In this document: piece by piece, positions 60,465 to 64,000 of the stretch
Layout: each line of letters begins with the position of its first letter
Position numbering within the stretch: the stretch's first letter is position 1
DNA from: Hydrolagus affinis
Taxonomy: Eukaryota
Assembly: GCA_012026655.1 (NCBI GenBank)
Contig: JAAILG010000892.1
Location: 1-64,000 of the forward strand
Reading direction: 5' to 3'
DNA length: 64,000 nucleotides
The notes under the pieces: model-generated
What the model saw: the letters and a program-made list of their open reading frames with translations, nothing else
Databases searched by the model: none
What the model was told of the DNA's origin: nothing
Made by a program: the position numbers and the translations under genes

Positions 60465-61529
60465 AAATACCATTCCAGCTTATATACAGCATTTCAGATT
60501 TGCACATCCACTTGTTTCCTTGTCTATTAAATGTTTGTTAGACCTCAGAATCCATTAGTTTGCAGGGCTCAAAGTGCTGCTTGCTACTAGTTTCAAATAC
60601 ATTGACTAATTTTAGCCCATTTCCATTGTTGAAAACAAGTCAGTCTGCATCCACCTATACATTTAGTCTCCATTGTGTGAATCTCCTTGAGGCATTTTGT
60701 CGTACGTTAAGATACTATGATAAATTCAGCTATTATTTATTATTCTATTTAGATGTCTTTGGGGAAGAGTTACTTGTGATCCAGACAGCTCAGTCAAGTA
60801 GAGAAGTCAAGGGTCCAAAGACTGAAATGTACAGTGCTTCACCTAATAAATACTCCCATAATAGGGACTAATTTTCATATGGTAATGGTTTTCCATGTTA
60901 TCTTGGTTCAGCAGTCAGCATTTCTTGTAGACGATTGGTTGGACATGGAGAAGGTTACTGATCTGTTGACTTTTAAACACTTTCTGTCAAGCAAACACAA
61001 GCCCACAGTGGTTGAGTCCTCAAGGATGTGAAAACTGATTGCTTAATTACTGGCACTGTGTCAATTAACAAAGCCTTTGCGTTTGGCAAAAATGGCACGC
61101 TTATTTAAATAGAAAGGAGGAGAAAATGGAATTAATTCAGATTTTCTTTAAGTGTTTTTCCACAGCTTTAAAATGGAGTCATCTGTCAGTATCAACTCAT
61201 TTAAAAATATTATACCCTTGGATCTCAATAACACGAGTCCTCATAACACATGTAAGCTGTCAAACAAGCAGATGTTTAGTTGTCTCAGTTAATGTGGCTC
61301 TTAAGCATCTACTGTTGGGTAACAAGCACTCGTCTAACAAGGATGAAATGCTCCAGCTCTTTGCATTTCATGTAACAACATTTAATGGTTATTGAAATGA
61401 AAGTATGTGATCTGCATTCATCTCTGGGAAATGTTATTAGAACAATGGGATCAACTCAAGACAGATTTCTCTAATTTCACGCCAGGCCAGGCATTGGCAC
61501 TGTGATTTTTTTAGTTTCCATTTTCCCTC

Positions 61530-61885
61530 CAGTTTTCTCACCTATTCTCCTGGAGGCACTGACTCATGATGGAGAACAATTTCATTGGTGTCCACAATCT
61601 CCTATACCTCATGCTGCAGCCTAAGCAGTGAGCATCAATTGACTATTTAATCATTTGGGAAAGATGGGAGAATCATCACAGCCAAGCTCAGATCTGTCCT
61701 AGACTGAGATTCATAATCCTTCCAGCAGGTTGGCACTGGACAGCAATCAGGAGCAGAAATCACCAGGGACATCACCAGGGATTGAACTTGGGGCTTTCTA
61801 GGCCTCCAAAGCTTGCATGCATACTCGGGGGTGAATTCCCAGGCTTTTGAACAGGAGTTCAGCACCACCCTGGCTGAGATGAAGA
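61530..61885 (-). mobile_element. ancient SINE, AmnSINE2-like
   Basis: CTCCTGGAGGCACTGACTCATG..ATCACAGCCAAGCTCAGATCTGTCCT..TTCCAGCAGG..CACTGGACAGCAATCAGGAGCAG. Confidence 0.7.
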
Positions 61886-61888
61886 AAA

Positions 61889-62155
61889 AATAATAATCCT
61901 TGCATTTGATATAGCGCATTTCACGTCTTCTAGACATCTCAAAGCAGTTCACAGAATATACTGTAAAGTGAATTGACTGTATATTTGTGGGTGAATCGTG
62001 GCAGACAATTGCACACAGCAGTGTCCTACAAACAGTCATAGATTGAGTGACCAAATTATTATTGTTTTTTTATTAGGGATTATTATCAGGCGTGTAAGCA
62101 AACTTTCTCAAGGTTTTGCCTGGTTGTAAGATGAGTGCTCTAACCACTGAGCTAC
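61889..62155 (-). mobile_element. short-form SINE with internally deleted head
   Basis: Tail and body intact; head TAGCTCAGTGGTTAGAGCACTC present but B box lost. Confidence 0.88.
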
Positions 62156-64000
62156 CATTTGTGCTGAAATATTTAAGGCCAGGGTTGGTGCAGCTGCAGT
62201 ATGAATAATCACTTTTTAACACTGAAGCCAGGACAGAAACCACTCCACTGATTTTCTCTAATTGGGCAGTTGGATGTACTTTTTATAGCTTGCGATCCCT
62301 TTGCCAAGCACCTGAGCAGCACTTAATGAATCACACCAGCAAACCCAACCCGGAAACGCAGTTCGCAAGAAATAATGGCCGTTTGAGATGAAACATTGAG
62401 GGAAACAGAGCAGGCCTTTCCACGTACATTGTATTAATCATGTGGCGCTTTGTGGGAAGTAGGTTAAAGTCCATGCCTACAAATGTTGGTGTTTTTGTAA
62501 AGTAGATTGTTAGTTCTATGAAGAGTTCAGGGAATCATTTTCGAAACTCCTGGTTGTAACAAGATGTTCAGGGAGGTGGCTAGAACAGTAGGCATCTCTA
62601 AAGCAGGTTGCCATTTCTGTGGTTTATTGATTGGTCCGTGGGTTGATATTTCCTTATCAAAACTACGCCTTGTGCTAATTAAAATTGAGAAACCTCTTCC
62701 CTTCACTGCTAATGCATTGAATCGGTGGGACACAGCTGGTACCCATTGGGTACCCATTCTGGGTACCCAACCCCTCTGTACCCATCTCAGCTTGACTTGT
62801 TGGGCTGCTGTGTGTAAAATGTCCACCTCATCTGGAAAGATAAGATCAAATGGGCTTGAAGAGCCTTCGTCATCCAAACCAACTGTGTGCAACTCAGAAT
62901 CCCATTTTAATTGAACAACGGAATCATAGTTGGGTTGATATTCTGCACTTCAGTAGCTTCGGGTGAATACATCCAACCCCCCCATTGTGATAATCACGTG
63001 GGGATTGCCACACCCAGATCACAGATGACATAACAGATCATAATTTTTACCCCAATGTTTGTAACCCAAATGAAACGGAGGGGACTGTTTCCTTTAATTG
63101 GGTAAACTTTTAGACCCCAAGCTGTTTGCTGTCTGGGTACTGCTGCTTTTGGAAAGGTTAATGTGACTGCTAAAAATGTGCCCATTTAAAGTGTCCATCC
63201 GCTGAGACTCACAGAAGTGTTTGCTGATCAGAGTAAGCCTTTCGTCTCTTCATATGCCTAAAAGCCCACAAAGCACAATGCAATTAGAGCAAGAAGCTCA
63301 AACTGACTTGGGAATTTGAGGCAAAATAAGTTGGAAAACCCTCTGTAATGGCTCGGGTGGCTCATTTATTATGAGAGCAAATCTATTAGGACTTTGCTTT
63401 TGTCTTTCATTTCTCAAGTGAGGCAATTTTAATTAAATTAATCTGGCTGTCAATCTATCACTGATCAATCATGGTGCCTGGGCTCTTTCCAGTGCAGCTA
63501 GGGAAGGGCTGACAAGGTCTGATAATGGAAGAAGGAATAAACTTGTGAATTGAGTCAATTAACCTACATAATAGGTGGATTAAACATCACCTAGTTTATT
63601 GCACTTTCAGATGTCAGTTTCCAGAGTTGGGAGATTTAACAGCAATTAACTGACTGGTGTGATATTTGTTTATATGAGGCTGAGCGAACAAACATAGCTC
63701 AAAGGATTTTTTTCTTTCATCCTGTCACTGCCAAAGAGAAACAAAATTACAGGGAAAACATTGGGAATTCGTCTAGGTTGAGTTGTTTGTGGGTGGAGTG
63801 CACAAGAGTTGGCAGGTACAGAGCCAACGTGAAATAAATGTTAAAATCATCCTAAATCCCATGTTGGGAAGCTTTAGTACGAAATGCAGTGACTGTGTAT
63901 TTTGAGGGCAAACACATTGGAAGAATAGAATTCTGCAGAAAATACAGAAGGAGACAGATGGAGGAAAGCATGGAATGAGAAGAGAACATTCTCTTCTCGT

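Noticed and set aside
817-63185. The many 60-200 aa ORFs in the six-frame track as host genes
   Set aside because: Short, often starting at non-ATG codons, with no recognisable domains; the only protein-like ones are L2/CR1 relics or translated SINEs

Overview
Non-coding, repeat-rich vertebrate genomic DNA that reads as a large intron or intergenic region. The repeat complement suggests a cartilaginous fish, possibly a chimaera such as Callorhinchus (inference): L2 LINEs with (TTG)n tails, CR1 relics, Deu-domain SINEs, a young tRNA-headed SINE with (ATT)n tails, AmnSINE2-like and LF-SINE-like ancient SINEs, and hAT-Charlie MITEs. Family names come from recalled consensus motifs, not a database search, and most repeat boundaries are approximate. 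No intact host protein-coding gene is recognisable. The only protein-like ORFs are decayed L2 and CR1 reverse-transcriptase fragments. A promoter-like region and a candidate first coding exon (14.3-15.5 kb, + strand) flank a 189-nt assembly gap. Several repeat-free, TAAT-rich blocks look like conserved enhancers. The most unusual items are a 55-bp inverted copy of non-repeat sequence near the candidate promoter, lodged between two headless SINE tails; ultra-short L2 insertions with TSDs; a modular SINE with long and short forms; and CTCF-like motifs inside an ancient SINE. I see no convincing evidence of a wholly new biological system.
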